A DNA stretch of 57,432 bases from a virus (IMGVR_UViG_3300036794_000037:1-57432), one strand, 5' to 3'. Shown: positions 44,672-53,550, numbered from the stretch's first letter. A program made the numbers and translations. Notes: generated from the sequence alone by a model not told the origin.

Positions 44672-45616
44672 TCAGAACCTTGCGATTATTGACGGGATGG
44701 CGTGCTTGATTCCCCAGCGGATCTCTTCGTCAGTCAGGTCGCCCGGGTCCTTGGCCTCGCTGTCTCCGTAGTCGAAGAAGGAAACAGGGAGGCGACGGTA
44801 CCCCTTGCGGAGCTTCTCCGATTCCGACCAGCCCGCCCGGTCATTGTCGAGGGCGATTACCAGGCTGTCGAAACGGGCAGTGATGAAGTCAAGCTGAACG
44901 CGCGCGACACGAACACCGTAGCTGCTGACTCCGCCTTTGACTCCGGCAGTCCGGAGGCGAGCAACATCGAGCGGGCTCTCCACCAGGACACCTCGACCTG
45001 GAGCTGCCGCATGTAACCCAAAGAGGAAATCAGACTTCTTAATTCCTCGGGGATAGTTCCGTACACGCTTCTCACCCCGCGTCTCTTTGACCTGCCAGCC
45101 GTGGAGGGTGCCGTCGGCGTCCCGGAACGGGAGAATCCACGCGTGCTGTTCTTCATCCCAGAGTATCCCGAGAGCGGCTGCCGAGTCAGAACTGATGTGC
45201 CGCCGTTCGAGCTGGCGCTGGGGCGGGGGTACGAACTTCCAGAGCGACGCCTCCGTGATCCTGGGGGCCGCTTCCTCCTCGGGCTCCTGGTGCCGGTCGT
45301 TCCACCGGCTGAGCAGCACCGTGGGCTCGCCCCGGCGGATGCGGCTGGCCATGGGCATGACCCGGACCCAGCGCTCGGCCTCATCCTCCCGGAGACCCTT
45401 GAGGTCCCGAACGAGACGAACGAGCGGACCCCGGTAGCCGCAGGAGAAGCAGTTGAAAAGTCCCGACTCAGTATTAACCGACCATGAGGGGCTGCTGTCA
45501 TGGTGCTCGGGGTTGGGGCACAGAGCCGTGGCCTCGTCCCCTGCCACCCGATAGTCGATGCCCAGCTCGTCCAGGATCTGGAGCACGTCAGACAACGACG
45601 ACCTCCTGCGCTGCAC
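44672..45616 (-). CDS. dnaG: DNA primase (CHC2 Zn finger and TOPRIM)
   Basis: CP..HHD..PSW...CFSCG; LVESPLD; ALDNDRAG; KDPGD. Confidence 0.9.
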   Translation of the reverse strand: MQRRRSSLSDVLQILDELGIDYRVAGDEATALCPNPEHHDSSPSWSVNTESGLFNCFSCGYRGPLVRLVRDLKGLREDEAERWVRVMPMASRIRRGEPTVLLSRWNDRHQEPEEEAAPRITEASLWKFVPPPQRQLERRHISSDSAAALGILWDEEQHAWILPFRDADGTLHGWQVKETRGEKRVRNYPRGIKKSDFLFGLHAAAPGRGVLVESPLDVARLRTAGVKGGVSSYGVRVARVQLDFITARFDSLVIALDNDRAGWSESEKLRKGYRRLPVSFFDYGDSEAKDPGDLTDEEIRWGIKHAIPSIIARF

Positions 45617-46211
45617 CCTCGAATCGACTGAGATAGGCCACGGCCTTCTTCAGATGGTCGGCGGTATCTCCGAGCTGGCCGATGGCACGGTTGCACCTGC
45701 GGCACAGGACTCCACGGACCTTGCCGCTCGCATGATCATGGTCCACGCACATGGATTCCTGGTCGCCGCCGCAGATCTCGCACTTGCCATCTACAGCCTC
45801 CACCATGGACAGCCACTCATCCAGGGTGATTCCATATCTGGTGCGCAGCTCATAGTCACGGGCATAACCGGTGCGCTCTCTAAATGCGCGCTGGTACTGG
45901 TTAACCGTGTCCCGGAAAGTCCCGGCCTCTTCTTCCCGCTGACGCCATGCCTGCCAGCGCTCCCGCTGTCGTGACTTGACACACGTTTCGTCCTTGCAGA
46001 ACCTTAACGCCGCGCGGGCGTCCGCCGGAAGCTCGCGTCCGCAGCTTTCACAGGTACGACCAGCACCACGGCTGGCAGCAGTTTTCTCCCGGTAGTTCTT
46101 GGCCGAGCGCTCCCGGCTCCTCTGAACCTTGCACGGCTCGCACAGCTTACGATTCGGGTGAACGTTCCGCATAAAGCGCCCGCACCCGTCGCATAACTTC
46201 GACACGTCCAT
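45588..46211 (-). CDS. Free-standing endonuclease VII-type homing endonuclease
   Basis: YGITLDEW...KCEICG...VDHDHASGKVRGVLCRRCNRAIG; lower GC3. Confidence 0.85.
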   Translation of the reverse strand: MDVSKLCDGCGRFMRNVHPNRKLCEPCKVQRSRERSAKNYREKTAASRGAGRTCESCGRELPADARAALRFCKDETCVKSRQRERWQAWRQREEEAGTFRDTVNQYQRAFRERTGYARDYELRTRYGITLDEWLSMVEAVDGKCEICGGDQESMCVDHDHASGKVRGVLCRRCNRAIGQLGDTADHLKKAVAYLSRFEGAAQEVVVV

Positions 46212-46683
46212 TGGGGGTCACCACCTCTCCGATACCTGCACCGGATATCAGCTTCCAGCAAGAGAAGCATGGCTCATCGGTGCAATACAGCGTCGCACCC
46301 TCGCACTTGTCTCTTTCCGAGTATATCAAAGCATTAGCTTCAGCGTGGCAGCTAACACAGTTATCATAGGAGCTGTATTCGGCAGCGCTGTCGGGGCAGG
46401 GCCACACCTTCCCGCAGATGCACCGTATGGGAATGATCCCGTGAACCGACACGAGATACTCCTCCGCCATATCGTCCAGGCGCGTAGCAGCATAGTGACG
46501 CCCCCGGGGGCAGGCACCGGCCGTCAGGCAGCCCGGCAGCCCGGCAGGGGAACCATTGTAGCCAGTTGACACAATGCGATTACCTCTAGTAATGACAGCA
46601 CCGACCTGACGACGGGTGCAGTCCGCGCGGGTCGCGACAGCAACCGCAATCCCTAAGAAGTACTCATCCCATGTCGGCCTCAT
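46147..46683 (-). CDS. dCMP deaminase
   Basis: RPTWDEYFL, RRQVGAVI, TGYNG, HAEANA, PCFSC. Confidence 0.9.
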   Translation of the reverse strand: MRPTWDEYFLGIAVAVATRADCTRRQVGAVITRGNRIVSTGYNGSPAGLPGCLTAGACPRGRHYAATRLDDMAEEYLVSVHGIIPIRCICGKVWPCPDSAAEYSSYDNCVSCHAEANALIYSERDKCEGATLYCTDEPCFSCWKLISGAGIGEVVTPNGRVEVMRRVRALYAERSPES

Positions 46684-46946
46684 CGCCGACCCCTTCCGTT
46701 CCTGCCCCAGGTCGGCTGGATGGAGCACATGCCGTGGCACTTCACCAGGCTCTTAGCCTCATGAACCTTGAACGGGTTACCGCACCCCGTGCAGCGGGCA
46801 TAGGTGATGAGCGGCATGACCTCCTGGACGTACCACGTGGTAGACGGCCTGCTCCGGGCCATGATGTCTGCCCCACGGACGCCAAGTGACGTTAAGTGAC
46901 GCCACTCCTCGGCATAGTCGGTCGGGTCGAACTTGCGGGCGTTCAT
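46680..46946 (-). CDS. Hypothetical Zn-binding protein
   Basis: CTGCG...CHGMC. Confidence 0.55.
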   Translation of the reverse strand: MNARKFDPTDYAEEWRHLTSLGVRGADIMARSRPSTTWYVQEVMPLITYARCTGCGNPFKVHEAKSLVKCHGMCSIQPTWGRNGRGRR

Positions 46947-48229
46947 TAGTAGTCAGCCTCTTCCTCGTCGTCGTTGATGTCTTCGCCTACCGGGTCGAAG
47001 GAGCAGTCCTTCCACATCCAGATGCCCCGGAGGGTGGGCAGGTAGCCCGTTCGCGCCCTCGTGTTCGTCATGGTGTTGATGCCGGTGTCCGGGTCGAAGT
47101 CGAGCGTGAACATGTAGAAGCACGCCATGGTCAGTCCGGTGCCGCCGACGATGCTGTTGTCGTCGAAGCCCGACCCCTTCTTCCCCGAGCGGGCCTGCTT
47201 CTCCCGGATCTGCATCGTGACCAGCGTGCTTATGCCCCGTCGCAGGGTCAGCTCAGCGATCTCGCGGGAGAGGTTGTCGTTCCCTTCCCAGTTCGCCCCG
47301 CTCTTCCCGGTAGCCCGGTCGATGAGGAAGTAGAACCCGTCCACCACCACGTAGTCCGGCTCGTACCGGTCGATGTCCGACTCTAAGTCGGTCAGCGTGT
47401 ACGCGCTGGTCGGCTGGACGATGTGGAGCTTCCCGTCAAGGCCGCGCCGCTCCTGCATCTCCAGGAGCTTCGACCGCTGCTTGTCCGACAGCCGACCGCG
47501 AACGTAGTCGCTGTGGTCGATGCCTGCCGCGTGGCAGTCGAACCGGTCGGCGATAGAGTCGGCCGTGATCTCCACGGAGACGAACAGCACGTTCCAGCCG
47601 TCCTCATGGGCTGCCAGCGCGCTCTTGATAGCGTGGGTGGTCTTCATGGCCTTCGAGCGCCCGAGGTAGACGATGAGCTGTCCGGGCTGGAACCCGGGGA
47701 AGGCATCGTCAAGGGTCGGGTGGCCGGTTCGGATGCCCGGTGTCTCCGTCCGCCCGAACTTGTCCTCCACGTCGTACTCGTCGGAGTCCAGCACGAGGTG
47801 GACCGACGGGTTGACGCCCTGGTTGCGCAGATTCCTGGCCGTCTCGTCGATGAGCTGCTCAGCCTGGTCGAACTTCCCCGCGTCGAATAAATCGATGAAG
47901 TCCGAGCCGACGACTTCGAGCTGGCGGATCTTCCGCTCGCGGACAGCGACGTCAAGCACCTCGTCCGGCGTCATCGTCGGCCTCGGGACCTTCATCGTCT
48001 CCGGGGGGAAGGACCGCTCGAAGTAGTCCCGGCTTGGTGCCTGGTGGTGCTTCTCGTAGTGCTTCAGCATGAACCGGTACGCGTCGGTCCCGGTCTCGCT
48101 GAATACTGCCGTCTGCGAGAGGTCGTCCTTGCTGCCGAGCCATGCCAGGTCGAACCTGGACTCGATGAACTTCTTCAGGGTTCCCGGGTCGTCTAAGACG
48201 GTCGCCAGGATCTGCATGCCGGTGTCCAA
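46946..48229 (-). CDS. dnaB: DnaB-like replicative helicase
   Basis: TGHPTLD..G..PGQL, GRSKAMKT (Walker A variant), FVSVE, VVVDG; three TTA codons. Confidence 0.85.
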   Translation of the reverse strand: MDTGMQILATVLDDPGTLKKFIESRFDLAWLGSKDDLSQTAVFSETGTDAYRFMLKHYEKHHQAPSRDYFERSFPPETMKVPRPTMTPDEVLDVAVRERKIRQLEVVGSDFIDLFDAGKFDQAEQLIDETARNLRNQGVNPSVHLVLDSDEYDVEDKFGRTETPGIRTGHPTLDDAFPGFQPGQLIVYLGRSKAMKTTHAIKSALAAHEDGWNVLFVSVEITADSIADRFDCHAAGIDHSDYVRGRLSDKQRSKLLEMQERRGLDGKLHIVQPTSAYTLTDLESDIDRYEPDYVVVDGFYFLIDRATGKSGANWEGNDNLSREIAELTLRRGISTLVTMQIREKQARSGKKGSGFDDNSIVGGTGLTMACFYMFTLDFDPDTGINTMTNTRARTGYLPTLRGIWMWKDCSFDPVGEDINDDEEEADY

Positions 48230-48808
48230 CTATCTCTCCTCCTGATGCATCCGCAGGAGATTCCAGTCGTAAGCCCTCTCCCGGGACTCCCGGATCATAT
48301 CCCGGAAGATGGCCGGAGCGCAGAACGTGTCCGCCGCGTACTCGTCCTCGTAGTACTTCGCGAAGTGCCAGCGGATCGCCTGCTCCACGACCTCCACCCA
48401 ATTCTCCGCGACGTGGACGTCCTTCGTGCTGGAACCCACGTAGACGGGCCGGAGAGGCCTGCCTGAGCGACTTTTCTCCCCGGCGGTGATCCCGGCCTGG
48501 CGGCGGGAGAACCACGCCCTGAAGGGCTCGCAGGCCCTCTCCAGGTAGGCATAGGTCAGCGGGAGGCCGTGCTCCAGCCGGATCTTCTCGTCCAGGGTCT
48601 CCCGCCGGGTCGTGGACTCCGCCACCTGCTTGAAGTACAGCGCGAGGTGCCAGACGTCCGGGTCCCAGCCGGGCGGGCATGCATCCAGGTCCGGCTTGCG
48701 CGCTACGCGCGGGGCTGCCGAAGCGGGCCGTAACTCCCGGACATTGCTTCGGGGCTCACGCTCATAGCGGTCCTTCTGGGTGCCCCTGCCGCCCTTGATC
48801 GAAGTCAT
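48230..48808 (-). CDS. Hypothetical protein
   Basis: GGAGG SD; between the HTH gene and the helicase. Confidence 0.7.
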   Translation of the reverse strand: MTSIKGGRGTQKDRYEREPRSNVRELRPASAAPRVARKPDLDACPPGWDPDVWHLALYFKQVAESTTRRETLDEKIRLEHGLPLTYAYLERACEPFRAWFSRRQAGITAGEKSRSGRPLRPVYVGSSTKDVHVAENWVEVVEQAIRWHFAKYYEDEYAADTFCAPAIFRDMIRESRERAYDWNLLRMHQEER

Positions 48809-48847
48809 TGATCCTCCTGGGTTCGACTCGTAGTTCTTCTACTTCTT

Positions 48848-49270
48848 CTATAAGGAATAGATGCGGCAATGGTTGCCGTCTCTGTGTGCGCCTATTGCCG
48901 TCTCTGTGGCTACAGGACCGGCAACCATTGCCGATCCTGTGTGCTCCTCCAGCACGTCCAGCATGACCGAAATTCTGTCTGGCTGGCTCCCGCTCTTGCC
49001 GTTCCGGGAGGCATATCGTTTGACCAGTCCGAGATCATGCAGCATCTTCAGGCCGTCTCGTACCTGCCGGGTCTTGTACCCCGTGAGTTTCGCGAGGGTT
49101 TCCTGGGAGGTCTTCCAGTGCACGACGTCGCCATACCTGGCGCTGGTGAAGTGCGTGTTCTCCAGCAGAATGCGGAAAATGATGAACGCGCAGCGCTGAC
49201 TCGGCAGCGGAGGGTCAGATAACATCCACGCGTCCAGTGCGTCGCGTGCCTCAAAAAAGCTTTTGAACAT
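48848..49270 (-). CDS. Winged-HTH protein, possible replication initiator
   Basis: SQETLAKLTGYKTRQVRDGLKMLHDLGLVKR. Confidence 0.7.
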   Translation of the reverse strand: MFKSFFEARDALDAWMLSDPPLPSQRCAFIIFRILLENTHFTSARYGDVVHWKTSQETLAKLTGYKTRQVRDGLKMLHDLGLVKRYASRNGKSGSQPDRISVMLDVLEEHTGSAMVAGPVATETAIGAHRDGNHCRIYSL

Positions 49271-49393
49271 GGGTAGCCTCAGAATGTCTGTGTCGGCGTC
49301 GCCTCTCCGGCTGTTGAGGTGGGAGGCCACCCGGGGGATCAATCCCGGGCAGCTCTCCCGAAGCCAACACAGAGGCAACCAGATCTCATTATA

Positions 49394-49843
49394 TCAATAG
49401 CCGAACTGGTTCGGGTCGGTGATGTGCCTGCCCTTTGGCCCGTACATCAGGGCATTCTGCGGCCACGGGTCGTACACGCGGGCGATGTCCCGCTGGTAGC
49501 TGAGCTGCCTGCCCAGCTTCTGCGGGGTGGTGGCCCAGACGGAATGGACCGGCAGCTCCTGCTCGCCGATTCTCCTGGCCACTTCGTCGGCCCATTCCTG
49601 CGGGCCTAGGTATGTACAGATGTCGATTTGCATGCTCATCCTGTAGGCCCGGTCCCAGAGGACGGCCTCCATCCTCGGGTTGAACTCGAAGAGGTCGGCC
49701 ATCTCTCCCCACTTTTCCCGCGAAAGGGCACGCTCGTAGGCGCGCTGCTTCTTCCGGTCGTCGGGGGGAACCCAGGCTAATGCGCCTTCGAAGACCAGCA
49801 CAAGTTTGGGTACAGGCTGGCTTGACAAATTGTTGCGCTCCAT
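49394..49843 (-). CDS. Hypothetical HAD-fold-like protein
   Basis: LVLVFEGALA; GGAGG SD. Confidence 0.6.
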   Translation of the reverse strand: MERNNLSSQPVPKLVLVFEGALAWVPPDDRKKQRAYERALSREKWGEMADLFEFNPRMEAVLWDRAYRMSMQIDICTYLGPQEWADEVARRIGEQELPVHSVWATTPQKLGRQLSYQRDIARVYDPWPQNALMYGPKGRHITDPNQFGY

Positions 49844-49868
49844 ACCCTCCCCATTCTGTAATAGCGCG

Positions 49869-49899
49869 CGGGTCGCAACTACTAGGCCGTTGCGCTGGC
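49869..49899 (-). repeat. Co-varying hairpin element, copy 5
   Basis: GG-T-CGCAAC-TACTAGGCC-GTTGCG-CTGG. Confidence 0.75.
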
Positions 49900-49965
49900 T
49901 TTGTGTTCTGCAATACTGCGGGGAGAATGGTACCTTGATTCTGCCAGTCTCCTCCTCCTCACTGG

Positions 49966-50012
49966 CAAGAGGGGCAACGCTTGAGATTACTCGCGTTGCC
50001 CCTCTTTATTTC
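49966..50012. terminator. Hairpin followed by a T-rich tail
   Basis: AAGAGGGGCAACGC...GCGTTGCCCCTCTT TATTT. Confidence 0.6.
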
Positions 50013-50023
50013 CAGCGGGAGGA

Positions 50024-50212
50024 TTACTTCCTGGCTGCTGACCTAACGCCGACCCGCACGCCGTCGGCGATCACGAGACCGACGGCGATGACGATGCCGA
50101 ACGCAGCAATGAACGGGACGTGGACCCCTGCCGCCGAGAGGGCGACCATGCCGATGTAGGCATAGAGCGCATCGAGCGCCACGCCCGCGACGATCTGGAC
50201 GAGTGTCTCCAT
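50024..50212 (-). CDS. Small membrane protein
   Basis: Two TM segments; GGAGG SD. Confidence 0.6.
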   Translation of the reverse strand: METLVQIVAGVALDALYAYIGMVALSAAGVHVPFIAAFGIVIAVGLVIADGVRVGVRSAARK

Positions 50213-50394
50213 TAGCTCGTCACCTCCCGCAGTTTCTCCATGCTCCGGGCCTGCGGGACGTGCAGCCCACGGTGCCAGCCCGAGAGCTGGCCGTGGTGGA
50301 CGCCGGTCTCCCGGCTGGCAGCGGCGTACGTTCCCCCGCTGTTGTGTAAGAGCGCGGACACGCGTGCCTGCGCCTCCTCTTCCCGGTGATTCAT
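50212..50394 (-). CDS. Small XRE-like HTH protein
   Basis: TYAAASRETGVHHGQLSGWHRGLHVP. Confidence 0.7.
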   Translation of the reverse strand: MNHREEEAQARVSALLHNSGGTYAAASRETGVHHGQLSGWHRGLHVPQARSMEKLREVTS

Positions 50395-51344
50395 CAGTTC
50401 TCCTCACTGAAGCCGCGTGATGCGGCCTCGTTCTTGGTCAGGAACTCGACCTTCTGCCCGGCGGCGGGCTTGCCCCGGCCACGGCGCTTCAGGATGGTTC
50501 CGTCCTCGCCCACGAGGTAGGCGTGGGTCTCTTCCTGGGGGCGGCCGAGGTCACCCTTCAGCGCGGCCAGCGCGCCCTCCAGGGCGACGATCATGACCGC
50601 CTTGAACTGGTCGGTGCTGGCGTGCTCGAAGAAGTCCACGCGGACCTGCGGGTCGCTCTGGGCCTCCGGCGTCCCGAGGATCTTGTTGACGTCCAGCCCC
50701 GGCGGCGGCGTGTCGATCGCGGGCGGGACGGCCTCCACATACGGCGGCTCGAACGGCGGGTCGATCTCCGGGTGGCCGACGGTCTTGTCCGGGTCCTTCC
50801 CGCGCGGAACGCCCCTGGTCCTGCGAGGCTCGGAGGGCTCTTCTGCGGCCTTCTCCGGCTCGGGGGTGGTCGTGGTCCGCTGACGCCGCCTCGGACGCTC
50901 AGCGGGCTCCTCCGGCTCTTCTGCGGCCGGTTCTGCGGGAGAGGTTCCCCCGGTGTATTCATCCAGCCCGGCGGCCAGGTCCAGGACCTTCACACCAGAC
51001 TCGCGGGCCTGCTTGATCAGCGCCTCGGTCGTGTTGTCCATCTCGGCTTCCCCGAGAACGACGATCAGGTACCTGTCCGTCGTCTCGTGGTCGAGCAGCG
51101 CCTCCACGAGCTTGCTGGCGGAGGCGGTCTCGAACGGGTCCTCGTCGCCCTCGTCGTCCGCCCAGTCCTCCATGAGGTAGCCGACGATGTTCGCGAGACC
51201 GGGCTGGTCGGCCTTGCTGATGGCGGACGGGACGAAGAACCCGGTGACCTCGGTGTCGTCGGTGATCCAGGTGTTCAGTAACGACTTCGTGTTGCGCGGG
51301 GAAGATTCCCCCGGCCCGGCGAAGGCGATGACTCTGCTTGCCAC
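50394..51344 (-). CDS. Hypothetical protein with a Pro/Glu-rich linker
   Basis: Class II promoter at 51374-51406; single TTA at codon 22. Confidence 0.75.
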   Translation of the reverse strand: MASRVIAFAGPGESSPRNTKSLLNTWITDDTEVTGFFVPSAISKADQPGLANIVGYLMEDWADDEGDEDPFETASASKLVEALLDHETTDRYLIVVLGEAEMDNTTEALIKQARESGVKVLDLAAGLDEYTGGTSPAEPAAEEPEEPAERPRRRQRTTTTPEPEKAAEEPSEPRRTRGVPRGKDPDKTVGHPEIDPPFEPPYVEAVPPAIDTPPPGLDVNKILGTPEAQSDPQVRVDFFEHASTDQFKAVMIVALEGALAALKGDLGRPQEETHAYLVGEDGTILKRRGRGKPAAGQKVEFLTKNEAASRGFSEEN

Positions 51345-51410
51345 TTGCTCTCCTCACTGTCGTGTGCCTGCTCAGGCTAGGTGGTTAGGCCCTGGTATGT
51401 CAGAACAGGG

Positions 51411-51896
51411 CTACTTGTTGATGCGGTAGAACGCGGTTACGTTCCAGCTAGTTCCCGGGAAATATGGGGTCCACCCGATGCGCTGCCCGGTCGTGTGCGC
51501 CCCGTAGGTGTGGTGGTACCAGGTCGTGCAGAACTCGACATGCCCGGAGCCGTAGAACGCGAGGTCCCCCCGCTGCGGGTACTTGACCTTCGTCACGTAC
51601 CCGTGGGACACACCGTAGGAGAGGATGTCGTAGGTGGTGCGGAGCTGGGACGGCCAGGAATACCCGGCAGCCCGGACGGACCAGTAGACCAGGCCCGAGC
51701 AGTCGAGCGAGACGGTGGGATAGTACGCCCGCGCGTCGTACCAGTCGCCCGCCTTGGTCTCGGCCTTGGCCAGTACCTTGACGCCCACGGTCTCGGTTGA
51801 CATGGTCGCAGCGTGCGCGGGGGAAGTGGTGAATGCCGCCGTGGTGCCCAGCAGCCCGCCGAGCACGGCCAGGCCGGTGATAGTTCGCTTGATCAT
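51411..51896 (-). CDS. Secreted NlpC/P60 peptidoglycan hydrolase
   Basis: Signal peptide ending AHA; DCSGLV, GDLAFY, GHV. Confidence 0.9.
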   Translation of the reverse strand: MIKRTITGLAVLGGLLGTTAAFTTSPAHAATMSTETVGVKVLAKAETKAGDWYDARAYYPTVSLDCSGLVYWSVRAAGYSWPSQLRTTYDILSYGVSHGYVTKVKYPQRGDLAFYGSGHVEFCTTWYHHTYGAHTTGQRIGWTPYFPGTSWNVTAFYRINK

Positions 51897-51913
51897 GAAG
51901 TCCTCCTCGGTCT

Positions 51914-51955
51914 CCTTACAAGATCGAGTTTACACGAGAGTCACGCAGATAGCAA
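51914..51955 (-). promoter_or_regulatory. Class I promoter (TTGCTA-N17-TAAACT)
   Basis: Repeated motif. Confidence 0.8.
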
Positions 51956-51999
51956 AACAGGCCGCCCCCGGAGGGACAGCCTGCTGGCGTCTGTGGGTG

Positions 52000-52272
52000 T
52001 CAGTGCTCCCAAAGGTCGAGCTGGTAGCCGCGCTCGGGGTCGTAGTGGACCACGTTGCCCGCCCGCGTCCCGGCGTTGATGTTGTCGAAGACGTGGAACA
52101 GGAAGTCCTGGGCCTCGTCGGGCTCGTACCGCTCGACCTCCACGAGGTACGCGAGCAGCGCGTTGAAGGACCGGGCGTGCAGGTTCGGGATCTGCCGCTG
52201 CGTCCCCCGGACCTCCGGCCGCTGGTCCTGGCCCGCCAGGAACGTCGTGACGACGTGCGCGTCGTGCTGCAT
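52000..52272 (-). CDS. Hypothetical protein
   Basis: AAGGAG SD; high GC3. Confidence 0.6.
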   Translation of the reverse strand: MQHDAHVVTTFLAGQDQRPEVRGTQRQIPNLHARSFNALLAYLVEVERYEPDEAQDFLFHVFDNINAGTRAGNVVHYDPERGYQLDLWEH

Positions 52273-52460
52273 CAGCTCTCCTTCTCGGCAGCGCCCTTGC
52301 ACTGCGGGATCTTATGCGAAAAGGTCACCGGGGCGTTCCCGTCTATGCCGTCGCGGTAGTACGCGTAGTCCCGCGTTGCGACGGACTTGATGAGCACCGC
52401 CCCGCAGCGCTCGCAGGTCCGCTCTTCGTTCCCAGGTCCTTTGTCCCACTTATGCCGCAT
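52272..52460 (-). CDS. Small Cys/His protein
   Basis: HKW...CERCG. Confidence 0.55.
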   Translation of the reverse strand: MRHKWDKGPGNEERTCERCGAVLIKSVATRDYAYYRDGIDGNAPVTFSHKIPQCKGAAEKES

Positions 52461-52651
52461 CAGTTCTCCTCCAGCGGGGTGAGCCCGGTGCGCTCCGAGA
52501 GCGACTGGACCTTGACGTCCTTGGTGAAGTAGGCCCCGGCGCGCTTCTTGCCGTCCAGCAGGACCTTCACCGACTCCGCGTTAAGCCCGGGGGTGCGGGG
52601 AGCCACCGTGCCGGTCTTCCCGTTCACCGTTACTCGCGTTCCTGCGTCCAT
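52460..52651 (-). CDS. Small SH3-like hypothetical protein
   Basis: GAGGAGG SD after the class I promoter. Confidence 0.6.
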   Translation of the reverse strand: MDAGTRVTVNGKTGTVAPRTPGLNAESVKVLLDGKKRAGAYFTKDVKVQSLSERTGLTPLEEN

Positions 52652-52669
52652 CGTGTCCTCCTCGTCACT

Positions 52670-52712
52670 GCCTTACAAGACTGACTTTACACGAGATGCA
52701 CGGGGAGTGCAA
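52670..52712 (-). promoter_or_regulatory. Class I promoter (TTGCAC-N17-TAAAGT)
   Basis: Repeated motif. Confidence 0.8.
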
Positions 52713-52722
52713 GCTGGGCGGA

Positions 52723-53040
52723 CTAGAATCTTGGAATTCTTCGGCCGGGTCCGGGCATGGCCTCTGGCCTGGGGCGACGTCGCGCGGGGCGGACGGCCTC
52801 GTAGACAGCCCGCCAGTCCCATGCGTTGGGCGGCTCAATGCGGGAGAGGACGGTCAGCAGTACCAGTCCCCCCGCGCCTGCAAGCGCTTCTAAGGCACGC
52901 GGGGGAGCGTAGGTCAGACCGTACGCGGAACCCCCGTACAGGAGCAGGGCGAGCCTGTCAGGCACCCGTACGGGGGCGAGGAAGCGAAGGGTGGTCCAGC
53001 ACCAGAATGCGGCCAGGGCGATGAGTAAGACAGTCTCCAT
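52723..53040 (-). CDS. Membrane protein, holin-like candidate
   Basis: Three hydrophobic segments, basic C-terminus; TTA at codon 5. Confidence 0.5.
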   Translation of the reverse strand: METVLLIALAAFWCWTTLRFLAPVRVPDRLALLLYGGSAYGLTYAPPRALEALAGAGGLVLLTVLSRIEPPNAWDWRAVYEAVRPARRRPRPEAMPGPGRRIPRF

Positions 53041-53050
53041 GGCGGGGAGT

Positions 53051-53224
53051 CTAGTTCCCGTTCGCCCTGGCGTTCGCCTCGTAGGGGCTGAGCCCTTCTT
53101 CCCGGGCGGCCAGGTACCTCGCGGCGGCGGCCTTCCGTTCCTTGTCGAACGTCTCGTTGCGAAGCCCTACGACATCGTCCACGATGTCGCGGGCGAGTTC
53201 GTCGGTCATGGTCCAGTAGGTCAT
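53051..53224 (-). CDS. Small hypothetical protein
   Basis: MTYWTMTDELARD..., coupled ORF. Confidence 0.5.
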   Translation of the reverse strand: MTYWTMTDELARDIVDDVVGLRNETFDKERKAAAARYLAAREEGLSPYEANARANGN

Positions 53225-53550
53225 CAGAGATCCCTTCCCCGGAATTCTCCGGGCTTGCCGAGCAGCTCGACCACCTTGGAGGGCAGCTCGTCGTAGGTCG
53301 AGAAGCGGTTCCGGCCCCCGGTGTAGTCCGAGTCAGACTCGGCCGTGCGGTAGAAGGCGTCGTTCGGGCGGGTGCCGTGGTTGTGGTCCGTGTTGACGTA
53401 GACGATGCGGCCAGACCCGGGGTCGATCACGAACCCGGAGCAGCCCATCAGCGCGCCGTTGATGCGGACGTTGCGGAGCTTGACCACCAGGTCGGGCTGG
53501 AGCTTGAGGAGCTGGTTGCGGAGCTTGGTCATCGCGAGTGTCGTGGTCAC
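53224..53550 (-). CDS. Hypothetical protein
   Basis: AGGAGG SD; GCSGFV...YRTA....DYTGGRN motif. Confidence 0.7.
   Translation of the reverse strand: MTTTLAMTKLRNQLLKLQPDLVVKLRNVRINGALMGCSGFVIDPGSGRIVYVNTDHNHGTRPNDAFYRTAESDSDYTGGRNRFSTYDELPSKVVELLGKPGEFRGRDL

Noticed and set aside
37575-48229. Inteins or introns in polA, the helicases or primase
   Set aside because: Protein lengths are normal; no intein or LAGLIDADG motifs and no frame breaks
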